Assembly (NCBI GenBank): GCA_029258835.1
Contig: JAPDJY010000061.1
Coordinates: forward strand, 1-27,136
Reading direction: 5' to 3'
DNA from: Thermoproteota archaeon
GTDB lineage: Archaea; Asgardarchaeota; Jordiarchaeia; Jordiarchaeales; Freyrarchaeaceae
DNA: 27,136 nt
Shown here piece after piece: positions 8,227 through 17,543 of this stretch; position 1 is the stretch's first letter; each line of letters starts with the position of its first letter. A program made the position numbers and the translations under genes. Below the pieces are notes generated by a model that was not told where the DNA came from, ran no database searches, and worked only from the letters and a program-made list of their open reading frames with translations.

Positions 8227-9923
8227 CCCGTCTGCCTTTTCTGTATTTCCTCCTCCCTTAGCACCCTTCTGAGGAGTTTCCCAACTATCGTTCTCGGAAG
8301 GGCGTCCCTGAACTCTACCTCTTTTGGTATCTTGTAGGCTGCCAGGTTCTTCTTGCACCATTCCAGGATGTCTGCCTCGGTCACCTTACCCCTGTACTCC
8401 GGCTTCAGCACGACGAATACCTTTATTATTTCGCCGACTGCCTCGTCTGGTATTCCCACGGCTGCAGCGTCCTGCACGGCCTCGTGCTTGAATAGAACCT
8501 CTTCAATCTCCCTTGGGAAAACCGAGTAGCCTTTATACTTTATGAGCTCCTTCTTCCTGTCCACCACGTAGAAGTATCCGTCCTCGTCCATCTTGGCTAT
8601 GTCGCCCGTTCTAAGCCATGTTTTCCCGTCGACCTCCACGAGCGTCTTAGCCGTCTCCTCAGGCCTGTTAAGGTACCCTTTCATGACCTGTGGGCCGCTT
8701 ACGACGAGCTCGCCTTCCTCTCCCGGCCCTAGGAACCTGTCCTCCTCGAGGTCCATTATGCCGGCGTCCGTGTTCGGGAATGGCAGACCTATGCTTCCAA
8801 CCCTTCTCAACTCCCTGTCGATCGGGTTGCAGTGGGTTACGGGTGAAGCCTCCGTTAGCCCGTAGCCTTCACATATTATGGCCCCCGTCAGCTTCTCGAA
8901 CGTTTCCTGTATGGCTAGTGGGAGAGGCCCCGCACCGCTTATTCCGGCCTTAAGGGAGGTGAGGTCGTACTTTTTAACGTTTGGATGGTTGTTTATCGCA
9001 TTGTAGATTACAGCCACGGCAGGGAAGAGGGTGACCCTGTGCTTCTGGATGGCTTTCATGACCTCTTCAGGGTCGAATCTTGGCAGAACTATGTTCTTCC
9101 CCTGAAGGGCTACGGTGGAGTTAAGGCAGACTGTTTGGCCGTAAACATGGTACCATGGGAGGACCGAGAGCATGACCTCCTTACCCTTTTCCCCTCCAAG
9201 CCAAGCGTTGCACTGGAGGGCGTTCGCCACGAGGTTGTGATGGGTCAGCATGGCCCCCTTAGGCAGGCCGGTTGTACCTCCTGTGTAGAGTAGGACTGCC
9301 GTGTCCTTCTTGGGTTTCACCTTCTTCTTTGGGGCGGGCGGGTTCGGCGGGTGGCTTTTAATCAGCTCTATCATTCGGTATATTCCCGGCTCGGGCTCCA
9401 CCTGGGCTACAGGAATCTTCTTCAGAAGTTTGCCGAGAGTCTTTTTGACGGCGGGCATGAAGTCTCCCAAGTTCGTTATTATCACTTTTTCGACGCCGGC
9501 CTTCTTGACCACTTCCTTCACGTTCGGGTAGAGGGCATCTAGGATGATTAGGGTTTTCGCTCCGCTGTCCGTTATCTGGTGCTCGACCTCTCTTGGGCTG
9601 TAGAGGGGGTTCATCGTCGTGGCTGTGGCACCTATCCTAGATATTGCATAGTATGCTATGGCGAACTGGGGGGAGTTGGGCAGCATTATGGCTACAACGT
9701 CTCCGGATGCCACCCCTAGGTCTGCGAGGGCCGTGGCAAACCTGTCTACTAACGTGTCGAGCTCCCTATACGTTAGGGTTTTCCCTAAGAAGTCCATTGC
9801 AACCCTATTTGGGGACTCCTCGGCTGCTTCACGTAGAAGCTCATCTATACGTATCTCGGGGATCTTTATCTTCTCGGGCACGTTTGGGGGATAGAACTTA
9901 AGCCAAGGCTTATCCGCGCTCAC
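8223..9923 (-). CDS. fadD: Long-chain-fatty-acid--CoA ligase (AMP-binding, FadD/LcfA family)
   Basis: YTGGTTGLPKG, EGYGLTEASP, WLRTGDIA, DRKKELIK and GKLLRR ANL-superfamily motifs. Confidence 0.93.
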   Translation of the reverse strand: MSADKPWLKFYPPNVPEKIKIPEIRIDELLREAAEESPNRVAMDFLGKTLTYRELDTLVDRFATALADLGVASGDVVAIMLPNSPQFAIAYYAISRIGATATTMNPLYSPREVEHQITDSGAKTLIILDALYPNVKEVVKKAGVEKVIITNLGDFMPAVKKTLGKLLKKIPVAQVEPEPGIYRMIELIKSHPPNPPAPKKKVKPKKDTAVLLYTGGTTGLPKGAMLTHHNLVANALQCNAWLGGEKGKEVMLSVLPWYHVYGQTVCLNSTVALQGKNIVLPRFDPEEVMKAIQKHRVTLFPAVAVIYNAINNHPNVKKYDLTSLKAGISGAGPLPLAIQETFEKLTGAIICEGYGLTEASPVTHCNPIDRELRRVGSIGLPFPNTDAGIMDLEEDRFLGPGEEGELVVSGPQVMKGYLNRPEETAKTLVEVDGKTWLRTGDIAKMDEDGYFYVVDRKKELIKYKGYSVFPREIEEVLFKHEAVQDAAAVGIPDEAVGEIIKVFVVLKPEYRGKVTEADILEWCKKNLAAYKIPKEVEFRDALPRTIVGKLLRRVLREEEIQKRQTG

Positions 9924-10102
9924 GCATTTCCCTCCTTACTCCATCGCCGACTCCTCAAAAGTTAACCACCCTTTTATATTTTGCCTTTCCAAGCTTCCAC
10001 GCTCAAGATTGTTCAAGGGGAGTGTTGCGGGAGAGGAGTCCCTAGAAAGTTTATAGAAGGTTTATAATTGCCCGTGTTGAAAGGATTATGTGGGGGTTTC
10101 CG

Positions 10103-10608
10103 TTGGATGGCAAGGTTCCAGCGGGGTATCGGAGGCTTCTAGACGAGTACGTTTCGCTTCTCTTAGATCACTTTGGGGGGAGGCTGATCTCAGCCTGTCT
10201 CTTCGGATCCGTTGTAGGGGGGAGGACGACGTTGAAAGCGACGTTGACGTCCTAGTTGTTGCGGAGGGGCTTCCCGAGGATGCAGGGTTGAGGACTAGGG
10301 AGACAAACTGGATCCACCTGAAGCTTAGGGAGACAGAGGCTTACCGTCTGCTGAGGGCCTCGGGGAGAAACTGCCTGATTTCGGATGTTTTCTTCACCCC
10401 GGAGGAGGTTGAGAGGCATCCGCCGGTCCTCCTCGACATGGTGGAGGACGGAGTGATCCTCTACGACAAAAACGGTTTTCTTAGAAACGTTTTAGAGGGG
10501 CTATCTGAAAAGCTGAGGAGGATGGGAGCGAGGAGAATCAAGGCGGGGAAGGGACGCTACTGGATTCTCAAGCCGGGCGCCGAGCCACCGGAGGTAGTCG
10601 AAATTTGA
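10103..10608 (+). pseudogene. Minimal nucleotidyltransferase (MNT) of an MNT-HEPN module, with a 1-bp frameshift
   Basis: TTG at 10103 gives MDGKVPAGYRRLLDEYVSLLLDHFGGRLISACLFGSV. Restoring one C at about 10215 gives the canonical FGSVARGE...ESDVDVLVV motif in the frame of the 10090 ORF. Confidence 0.85.
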
Positions 10609-11035
10609 GAAACATCGAAATGGCATCCGACTACGTTTACAGGGCGCGGAGATGCCTGAGGGAGGCTGAGCTAGCCTTATCGGAGAAGGACTACGCGGGA
10701 GCGGTGAGGAGGTCTCAGGAGGCGTGGAGATGGCGTTAAAGGCGGTTCTAAGGTTGTTAGCGGTCGAGTACCCCCGGGAACACGACGTTGGGGAAGTCCT
10801 AGTCCAAGTTAAGGGTAGGCTCCCGGCAGATCTCAGGGGAAGGCTTAATGGAATCGTGGAGCTCTCAGCCGAGCTTGCAAGGGTTCGGGAACCCGCACTA
10901 TACGGGTACGAGAGGGAGGGTATCCCGGCTAGGAGGGCGTTTAGCAGGGAGTACGCGGAGAACGTTCACGGTCGAGTTGAGGAGATCGTCAAGCTCTGCT
11001 CCAAGTTTGTTGGCTCAGCTACCTCAGACGGGTAG
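10605..11035 (+). pseudogene. HEPN-domain protein, with a 1-bp frameshift
   Basis: The TTGA start/stop overlaps MNT. MRNIEMASDYVYRARRCLREAELALSEKDYAGAVRRSQEA joins VEMALKAVLRLLAVEYPREHDV...REPALYG after restoring one base at about 10723. Confidence 0.85.
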
Positions 11036-11185
11036 AAACATTACTTTGCCGGCTGAGGCGAACAAGGATCTTTCGGAGACCGTTCGAAAACCTCCGAAAT
11101 GGGGGAATAGCTCCTTGGATGAGAAGGGTGTTTGCGGGTGGGCGAGGGCGCCGCAGGTAATCCTTCTTGGGGTTTCGCCTTTAAA

Positions 11186-11980
11186 TTACTTGCTTCTTGG
11201 AAATGGTTTGATCATCTTACGCATGATTAAACCGCTTTCCTTGAAGCCCAGTTTCTTGTAGAGGCTTATGGCTTCGATGTTCCCTGCTGAGACGTCTAGG
11301 CTTATCCTCTCCATTCCCCTCTCCTTAAACTGTTTAGAGGTTAGTGAGAGAAGGTGTTTTGCTATGCCTCTTCTCCTGTGGAGGGGGTGAACCCCTAGGA
11401 GCTTTATGAATCCTTCCCCCGCCGCAGGGTAGCACCACCCGCTTACCACCCCTACGATCTCGCCTTTATCGTTTTGGGCAACGAAGTGGAGGCTGGGGTC
11501 AAACTCCTTGTCCTTAAGCCAGTACTTTTCGAACTTGGCTGCCACCGACCCCGGCTTCCCCCCGAAGCACAGACCTACACATCTAATCCAGCCATCCATG
11601 TCGCCATCCATATAGTTTCTGAAGGAGTAGCCTTCGGGGGGAGGATGCCATATTTCGCCCGATGAGAGGTCGAAAACCATTTTTATCATGGATGACGTGA
11701 CGGTGAAGCCTAACCGTTCAAGTATGCGCCTGTAAACCGATTGGTGGGTGTCTAGGGGGAAGTAGATTAGGTCTAAGCCCAGCTTCCTAGCCTTCTCTTC
11801 GGCTTTAGAGACGAAGAGTTCGAACCCTCTTGAGAAGCGTGCCGGGTCGGGTTCTGCTTCAAGCAGGGGAAAGAAGAACACGCTTGCTTCACGCGGCCGG
11901 AGAACGACGATGACCCCGCAGAAGGCTCCACTCACTACAACGAACTCGCTGCCGGCCTCGGCCACCAAACCACCCTTCAA
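11186..11980 (-). CDS. GNAT-family N-acetyltransferase (degenerate N-terminal GNAT + intact C-terminal GNAT)
   Basis: LGVHPLHRRRGIAKHLL (motif A) and LDVSAGNIEAISLYKKLGF (motif B). The N-half ends in ILERLGF. Confidence 0.88.
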   Translation of the reverse strand: MKGGLVAEAGSEFVVVSGAFCGVIVVLRPREASVFFFPLLEAEPDPARFSRGFELFVSKAEEKARKLGLDLIYFPLDTHQSVYRRILERLGFTVTSSMIKMVFDLSSGEIWHPPPEGYSFRNYMDGDMDGWIRCVGLCFGGKPGSVAAKFEKYWLKDKEFDPSLHFVAQNDKGEIVGVVSGWCYPAAGEGFIKLLGVHPLHRRRGIAKHLLSLTSKQFKERGMERISLDVSAGNIEAISLYKKLGFKESGLIMRKMIKPFPRSK

Positions 11981-12054
11981 GCCTCTTAAAGATGATTAAC
12001 AATTTTAGCGGGTAACATAAAAAGATTGAGGATCTATTTAGGAGGTTGGTGGCG

Positions 12055-12684
12055 CTACCGTTCCGCTGCCTCTTTTAGCTTGTGGAGGAGCTCTGCAGGG
12101 GTTTTAACGGGGTATCCTATTTTGTCGAGTAGTTCTTCGATGCGTCTGCCCTTAATGGTTATTCCTGTAAGCCTTTCCTTAAGCTCGCCTTTCCCGGCGG
12201 GGAAGTCAAGCCCCTTTATTCTTCGTAGTGTTTGGATGGCCCAGAAGAACTCTATTTCCAGGCTTGATTCTATATCCCTCGCCTCCGCTTGTGTCACCTC
12301 TTCCGATTCCAGGCGTCCATCCGCTTTGAGTTTCTCGTAGGCTATCTTCGCTAGGCCGCCTGCCTTGTGCTCGTCGACCTTCTCCGCTACACCCTGCAGG
12401 TACTCAGCCACCTTCGACGTGTCGGCTTTAAGGATGTTCTTGACCGTCTGCTCGGTTATTCCAAGCTTCTCGGCTATCTGGTAGTCTGTCAGGGTTGCCT
12501 CGTTCTTGAGAACCACGACGTACGCCGCCTCGGCGAGGGAGGGAAGCCACGTCAGGTTCCGGTACTCTATGAGCTTCTTAAGCCCTCCAGCCGACGAGAT
12601 GGCCTCCATGAAGACTTTCAACGCCATCTGGTCGTAGTCCGGTAGGACGGGCTTAACAACCTCCAACCATACCACCCCCTTCAC
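12055..12684 (-). CDS. KaiC-associated regulatory/HTH protein with an extra small C-terminal domain
   Basis: GGLKKLIEYRNLTWLPSLAEAAYVVVLK...IAEKLGITEQTVKNIL...HKAGGLAK resembles the near-KaiC domain family (TIGR03879, from memory). It overlaps the KaiC gene by 4 nt. Confidence 0.75.
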   Translation of the reverse strand: MKGVVWLEVVKPVLPDYDQMALKVFMEAISSAGGLKKLIEYRNLTWLPSLAEAAYVVVLKNEATLTDYQIAEKLGITEQTVKNILKADTSKVAEYLQGVAEKVDEHKAGGLAKIAYEKLKADGRLESEEVTQAEARDIESSLEIEFFWAIQTLRRIKGLDFPAGKGELKERLTGITIKGRRIEELLDKIGYPVKTPAELLHKLKEAAER

Positions 12685-13613
12685 TTTATCCCGGATTTCC
12701 TCCTAACAAAGTCGCTCAGCTTTTCCTTTATTTCGATGAGCCCCATCTCGTTTATCTCCATGATGTAGGTGTCCGTATCATGCCCGGACATGCGGCACCC
12801 GTCTATCCTGATGGTTCTCAGGACGCTTCCTAGGGGGAGCCCGTAGAGGCTGACGTCAAACCTTGTTTCCATAAGCTTCTTATCCATAACCACCGTTCCG
12901 TCAACTATGTGGGCTACAGCTAGTCCGCCAGCCGCCTCAGCCGTCTCAGACCCTTGTGACGACCTTTTCTGGGACACCATAATGGTCGTCAAGTGGAACC
13001 TCTTAAGGAAGTTGTACACTATGCGAACTATCTGGCGTGCCATGACCTCCCTGTGCTCGTATAGGCCCGTAATGCTGTCTATGACCACCACGTCAACGTT
13101 CCTCGACCTTGCAGCATACTCCATGGTTTTAACCAGAGCAAACGTGTTCTCCCTTAAGGACTGCTCCTGGGAAGCGTCCACAACCACCACGTTTCTCTCC
13201 ACGTCCTTGAAGCTCAGGTCTAGGGCGGCTGCCTTCTGCTTAAGGGAGACGTAGAGGAACTCGGCGGGGTTCTCCGTAGTCACGAAGAGAACCCTGCTGC
13301 CGTTGCCAGCCTGGAAGGCGGCAAACTGCTCGGCGAAGACGCTTTTCCCCGTGTCGGGTATTCCAACAATGTTTATGACAGCCCCTTTCGGGACGCCTCC
13401 CAGGGGCTTCCTCACGATCCTACCCGTATCCTCGTCGTACACCACGGTGAAGAATAGCTCGTCCAGCCTGGTTCCTGTCGGAACGCCTGCAATCTCCGGA
13501 GCCTTCCCCTTAAGGTAGGCTAGATCGACAACGTAGCGAGAATAGTCTACCTCCTGCTGGCCTGCCCTCGCATCCTTCAACGCTGAACCCCCCTCATCCA
13601 GCTGTTTCCCCAC
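12681..13613 (-). CDS. KaiC/RecA-superfamily ATPase (single domain, AF_0795-like subfamily)
   Basis: Walker A GIPDTGKS, Walker B VVVIDSITG, AVAHIVDG, and RTIRIDGCRMSGH. Confidence 0.88.
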   Translation of the reverse strand: MGKQLDEGGSALKDARAGQQEVDYSRYVVDLAYLKGKAPEIAGVPTGTRLDELFFTVVYDEDTGRIVRKPLGGVPKGAVINIVGIPDTGKSVFAEQFAAFQAGNGSRVLFVTTENPAEFLYVSLKQKAAALDLSFKDVERNVVVVDASQEQSLRENTFALVKTMEYAARSRNVDVVVIDSITGLYEHREVMARQIVRIVYNFLKRFHLTTIMVSQKRSSQGSETAEAAGGLAVAHIVDGTVVMDKKLMETRFDVSLYGLPLGSVLRTIRIDGCRMSGHDTDTYIMEINEMGLIEIKEKLSDFVRRKSGIK

Positions 13614-13632
13614 ACTTAACTATGATACCGGC

Positions 13633-13660
13633 AACTTAAAGGTTTTCCACTTGGAACCTT
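13633..13660 (-). promoter_or_regulatory. BRE/TATA promoter of the KaiC operon, overlapped by a palindrome
   Basis: Minus strand GAAAAC-CTTTAAGT about 22 nt upstream of the GTG, suggesting a leaderless or short-leader mRNA. Palindrome TTCCA-CT-TGGAA (13645-13656) with outer AAGG/CCTT arms. Confidence 0.5.
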
Positions 13661-13685
13661 ACCACGTTAATTGTTTCGCCTATCT

Positions 13686-13914
13686 GCCGCGCTCTTCATC
13701 CGCCGCCCCATCAGGGGTCTAGCGGAGCTGGGCTGCACGCCGCCGCGACGATGGGAACGGGAGCCATGCACCGGGGATGGCGGCGGGCCGCCTTGACCCG
13801 TCAAAGAGGGTTTCCGGAGCTCTACCGGGAGAAGGAGGGAAAGCAAGTTGTAACCTTCAAGATGTACGGTAAAGTTAGAGAAGGGGTGAACTCCCCAAGT
13901 CCACCGGGGGTGGA
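13686..13914. other. GC-rich, hairpin-dense intergenic segment (possible structured RNA or element remnant)
   Basis: CCGCCGCC(13700-07)/GGCGGCGG(13779-86), TTGAC-CC-GTCAA(13793-804), TCCACC-GGG-GGTGGA(13900-14). No convincing ORF. Confidence 0.3.
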
Positions 13915-14182
13915 AGCACAACCCTTACAAGTTCCCTCAACTCTCTTTGGAGAAGTCTAACCTACCCAATAAAACCACCACAAAAAATAGGGAGAACAGA
14001 AGGATATAAGAGTTTCCCGCGTAACTACTTACTTGCCATAACCTTCGCTTTCCTTATTTTTGTCCTTTTTGTCCTTTGTTTAACAGGGAGAACACGGTTG
14101 GCTGTGTGTTTCAATAGGGTAGTTTACGACTTACAGATTAGTTTTTAAATGGTTGGAGGGTTACTTTAAACTGGCGGTGCGT

Positions 14183-15607
14183 ATGGTGCTACACGTGTAC
14201 AACACGCTCTCGGGCATGGAGGAGGTCTTTGAACCGTTCAACCCTCCGCTCGTCAAAATGTACGTCTGTGGCCCGACAGTTTATGATGAAACACATCTTG
14301 GGCACGCTAGGACGTATGTTGCCTTCGACGTGATAAGGAGGACGCTTGAATGCTTAGGGTACGATGTCTTCTACGTTCAGAACATAACGGACATCGACGA
14401 CAAGATAATCAACAGGGCTGAAAGGGACGGCGTAACAGCCGGCGAGGTGGCTGAGAGGTACACTGAAACCTACTTCAGGGACATGGACGCGCTGGGCGTC
14501 AGGAGGGCTGACGTCCACCCGAAGGTTACGGAGCACATAGAAGACATCATAGAGGCTGTAGCCAGACTCATAGACATGGGCTTCGCCTACGAGGCTGACG
14601 GAAACGTGTACTTCGATGTTTCAAAGTTTAAGGGTTACGGTAAGCTTTCAAAGGTGAGCGTGGAGGAGCTTAGGGCTGGAGCCAGGGTGGAGCCGGATCC
14701 CCTCAAGAGGAACCCTGCAGACTTCGCCCTGTGGAAGAGGGAGGAGAGGAAGGGTGTTAGCTGGAGGTCGCCGTGGGGTTACGGGAGGCCTGGATGGCAC
14801 ATAGAGTGCAGCGTCATGTCGATGAAGTACCTTGGCCTCCGCATAGACATTCACGGAGGAGGACAGGACCTCATTTTCCCACACCATGAAAATGAGATAG
14901 CGCAGTCGGAGAGTCTCACGGGCACGTCACCCTTCGTCAAGTACTGGCTTCACACTGGCTACCTGACCATTGAAGGAGAGAAGATGTCGAAGTCGCTAGG
15001 TAACTACGTAACGGTTCAGGAGGTTTTAAGAAGGCATAACGCTGGCGCTGTCCGGCTTTTCCTCCTCTCCACCCATTACAGGTCGCCCATCGACTTCACA
15101 TGGGAGAGGCTGGAGGCGGCGGAGAAAAACCTAGAGTACTTGCTGAACACTTTAGGTAGGATCGAGTCCGAGCTGCGTCAAGCCGAGGACAAGACCGGGG
15201 AGAGGGAGGTTGAAGTCCACGCCAAGCTTTCCAGCGCAGTCAGGGGGTTCATTTCATCCCTAGAAGACGATTTCTCAACTTCCACCGCTTTAAGATACGT
15301 TTACCAAGCGGCTAGAGACGTCAACTCGTACCTTAACGTGGAGGATAAGCCTGATAGAGGCGTCTTGGAGAGGGGGTTAAGGATGCTTGCCAGGGCGTGC
15401 GGGGTGATGGGCGTGGCTTGGGGAAGAGAGAGTGCCGCCGCGCCGGAGATGGTTGAGAAGCTGGTTAAGATAATAGTTGAGGTCAGGTCTGAGGCTAGGA
15501 GAAGGAAGGATTGGAAGCTGGCGGACGAGTTGAGGAGCAAGCTTAGGGATGCGGGTGTAATACTTGAGGATAGAGGAGACAAGACGACGTGGAGGATAAA
15601 CAGGTAA
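14183..15607 (+). CDS. cysS: Cysteine--tRNA ligase (class I)
   Basis: MYVCGPTVYDETHLGHAR (HIGH), GRPGWHIECS, DIHGGGQDLIFPHHENE, KMSKS, and ADELRSKL anticodon domain. The start is more likely the ATG at 14183 than the TTG at 14153. Confidence 0.97.
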   Translation: MVLHVYNTLSGMEEVFEPFNPPLVKMYVCGPTVYDETHLGHARTYVAFDVIRRTLECLGYDVFYVQNITDIDDKIINRAERDGVTAGEVAERYTETYFRDMDALGVRRADVHPKVTEHIEDIIEAVARLIDMGFAYEADGNVYFDVSKFKGYGKLSKVSVEELRAGARVEPDPLKRNPADFALWKREERKGVSWRSPWGYGRPGWHIECSVMSMKYLGLRIDIHGGGQDLIFPHHENEIAQSESLTGTSPFVKYWLHTGYLTIEGEKMSKSLGNYVTVQEVLRRHNAGAVRLFLLSTHYRSPIDFTWERLEAAEKNLEYLLNTLGRIESELRQAEDKTGEREVEVHAKLSSAVRGFISSLEDDFSTSTALRYVYQAARDVNSYLNVEDKPDRGVLERGLRMLARACGVMGVAWGRESAAAPEMVEKLVKIIVEVRSEARRRKDWKLADELRSKLRDAGVILEDRGDKTTWRINR

Positions 15608-15715
15608 GGGATGAGGAGGATGGGTTAACCGCCAAGCCGTCCGCCTACCAGTGGAACCATTCCATTTTTCGGCTTACCTTTCCATTTTTGCACGAAGTGT
15701 AAAGAATAAAAGAGC

Positions 15716-16627
15716 ATGTTGGGAAGATCGTTCCAAAGGGGAACAGCGGGGTTTTCGATGAAGGCTCCTAGAAGGTTAGACGTCCTAGTTGACGGGTCTA
15801 ACGTGGTGATGTACGTCACCGATAGTAGGGGTAGAGGTAAGACTTCAACGTTAAAGAGCGTGATTTCCGAGCTGGAGAAGGCAGGGTTAGGGTTCTTCGT
15901 GTTGTTCGATGGGGGGATAAGGAGGAAGTGTGACAACCCACGCTACATAGGGAGGGTTGAGGAGGAGTATGGGTTCGTTGTCCCCGGCCACAGGGAGGCT
16001 GACCTCTACCTGCTTTACATGGCGAGCAGGGTGTACGACTGCTACGTTCTGAGCAGGGACAAGTTTGCAGAGTACCAGCGCATCTACCCCTCCCTGAGGA
16101 GAAGGCGGATCAGCTACGTGATAGAAGATGGACGGTTAAAATTTACTCCAAGCCTAGAGGAGGTTAAGAGGATCCACGAGCGCCCCTCCAGCCTAACGGC
16201 TAGAGTCAACGTGGAGTGCAGCCTAAACCACCTAAAAGAGTTCCTTTCCCTAACCGTTAGGGAAAGGATGGTTGAAAGGCATTTACGTTCAAGACGTGAG
16301 GCCCTGATTGAGAGGGGGAAGGCGAAGAGCAAGGGTTTCATCAGGGTGGAGGCTAAGGATAAGAAGATGGTTGGGAAGGCTGGGAGAGGAAGAGGAAAGG
16401 TGATGCTCGTCGAAGCTAAAGGAGTCAAGCAGGTTAGCTACAGCTCCAAGAGCGGACTAACCAATCTAACCTGGACTCCCTACCCGCTTAATCCCGATCT
16501 TGGAAGACTTACAGGATACGCTTCCCCACGCACCATAGTCATGCTCACAGAGGCGGAGTGCATAAACGTTCCACAGCCGGTTAAGGGTAGGTGCATGGTG
16601 AAGCTGGTGCAGATGCCCCCGAACTGA
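15716..16627 (+). CDS. NYN/PIN-like ribonuclease of the Zc3h12a (Regnase) type with an unknown basic C-terminal domain
   Basis: VLVDGSNVV...VLFDG...READLYLLYMA...VLSRDKFAEY...RRISY matches the DGSNV...D...SND motifs. Start may be the ATG at 15758. Confidence 0.8.
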   Translation: MLGRSFQRGTAGFSMKAPRRLDVLVDGSNVVMYVTDSRGRGKTSTLKSVISELEKAGLGFFVLFDGGIRRKCDNPRYIGRVEEEYGFVVPGHREADLYLLYMASRVYDCYVLSRDKFAEYQRIYPSLRRRRISYVIEDGRLKFTPSLEEVKRIHERPSSLTARVNVECSLNHLKEFLSLTVRERMVERHLRSRREALIERGKAKSKGFIRVEAKDKKMVGKAGRGRGKVMLVEAKGVKQVSYSSKSGLTNLTWTPYPLNPDLGRLTGYASPRTIVMLTEAECINVPQPVKGRCMVKLVQMPPN

Positions 16628-16934
16628 GGTGCCTAGACCCCTTCAACTTGCCACAGGCATAGTTCCCCCTATCGTTTTAGCATTCGGAAGGCTCGACTAA
16701 AGCGAGGCGGCCTTTAAAGAGCATTTAAAGGAGGCAGCGGGGTATTAGCAGGTACCCGGACACCATGAACCTAGAGTTCCTAGAAGGAAACGACCTCCAA
16801 TTAACACGTTAAAACGATTTTTCATAAAAAAGTGTGGGAGAGGATCGTTCAGCCGGAGGCTGCATCCTCGTTTTCTGAAAAAGTGCTATTTTAAGGTTTT
16901 ATATCCAACTTAGTTGTTTTAACGTTTGGTGGGG

Positions 16935-17390
16935 CTAGTAGCGCCTACCTTTCCTGTATCCTCCTCTACCGTATCCTGAGGAGAAGTTTGGCCTATAGGT
17001 TCGTCTTTGCCGCTCGTAAACTCTGTCTGATAGGTTGTTTTCCGTGTTAACCTCGATCTCCTGTTCCTCGCCTGGCTCTTCAAGGCTTCCATACTTTCCA
17101 AGGTTTAGCCTTAGGGAGTTTCTGTATATTGTGGTGTAGGCGTTTCTGAGAATGTAGGTGTGGCCTGGCTCCATCCTGTCTATTTCATCATTCCAGAGTG
17201 TCATGTATATACATCCTGTCTCGTCGCCTACTAGGGCGTCGGCAACCCTTAACGTTTCACCTGTTCTCCTAGAAACCACCTCTCTTTCGTCGCCTACCGA
17301 ATCACACTTGACAATAACATTAACGTTTCTAAGGTTCGGTTTGAGGTCGGACACCTTACTAAAACTTGTTTCTTCCAATTTTTGTTCCAT
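16935..17390 (-). CDS. ssb: Single-OB-fold ssDNA-binding protein (crenarchaeal SSB/hSSB1-like)
   Basis: KVSDLKP...VADALVGDETGCIYMTLWN...LNLGKYG...NNLS followed by a Gly/Arg/Tyr-rich tail. BRE-TATA CAAAAGACTTAAAT upstream (about 17463-17476, minus strand). Confidence 0.9.
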   Translation of the reverse strand: MEQKLEETSFSKVSDLKPNLRNVNVIVKCDSVGDEREVVSRRTGETLRVADALVGDETGCIYMTLWNDEIDRMEPGHTYILRNAYTTIYRNSLRLNLGKYGSLEEPGEEQEIEVNTENNLSDRVYERQRRTYRPNFSSGYGRGGYRKGRRY

Positions 17391-17543
17391 CCATTTTTTG
17401 ATACGAGAAAAAGAGAGCTAAAGGCTATCCTTCTCCCGCCCTATAAACGTACATTCGGCGGCATTTAAGTCTTTTGGCCGCGACATGGCAGTGACACTAG
17501 TAAACACGCCTAGAAACGGGAATTGAGGCTGAGCTTTCACGTT

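Noticed and set aside
13645-13656. TTCCA-CT-TGGAA as an ORB origin box
   Set aside because: The spacing differs from TCCA-N-TGGA, there is no G-string, it is single copy and no cdc6 is nearby. An operator is more plausible.
13667-13960. SRP RNA, RNase P RNA, hammerhead ribozyme, riboswitch or short ORFs
   Set aside because: Diagnostic motifs were not found (minus-strand CTGATGG is not CTGATGA; no SRP helix-8 or RNase P conserved regions). The ORFs have no recognisable features.
16711-16731. Inverted repeat CCTTTAAA-N5-TTTAAAGG between convergent genes
   Set aside because: Short and AT-rich. It may be a terminator or chance, and no function can be supported.
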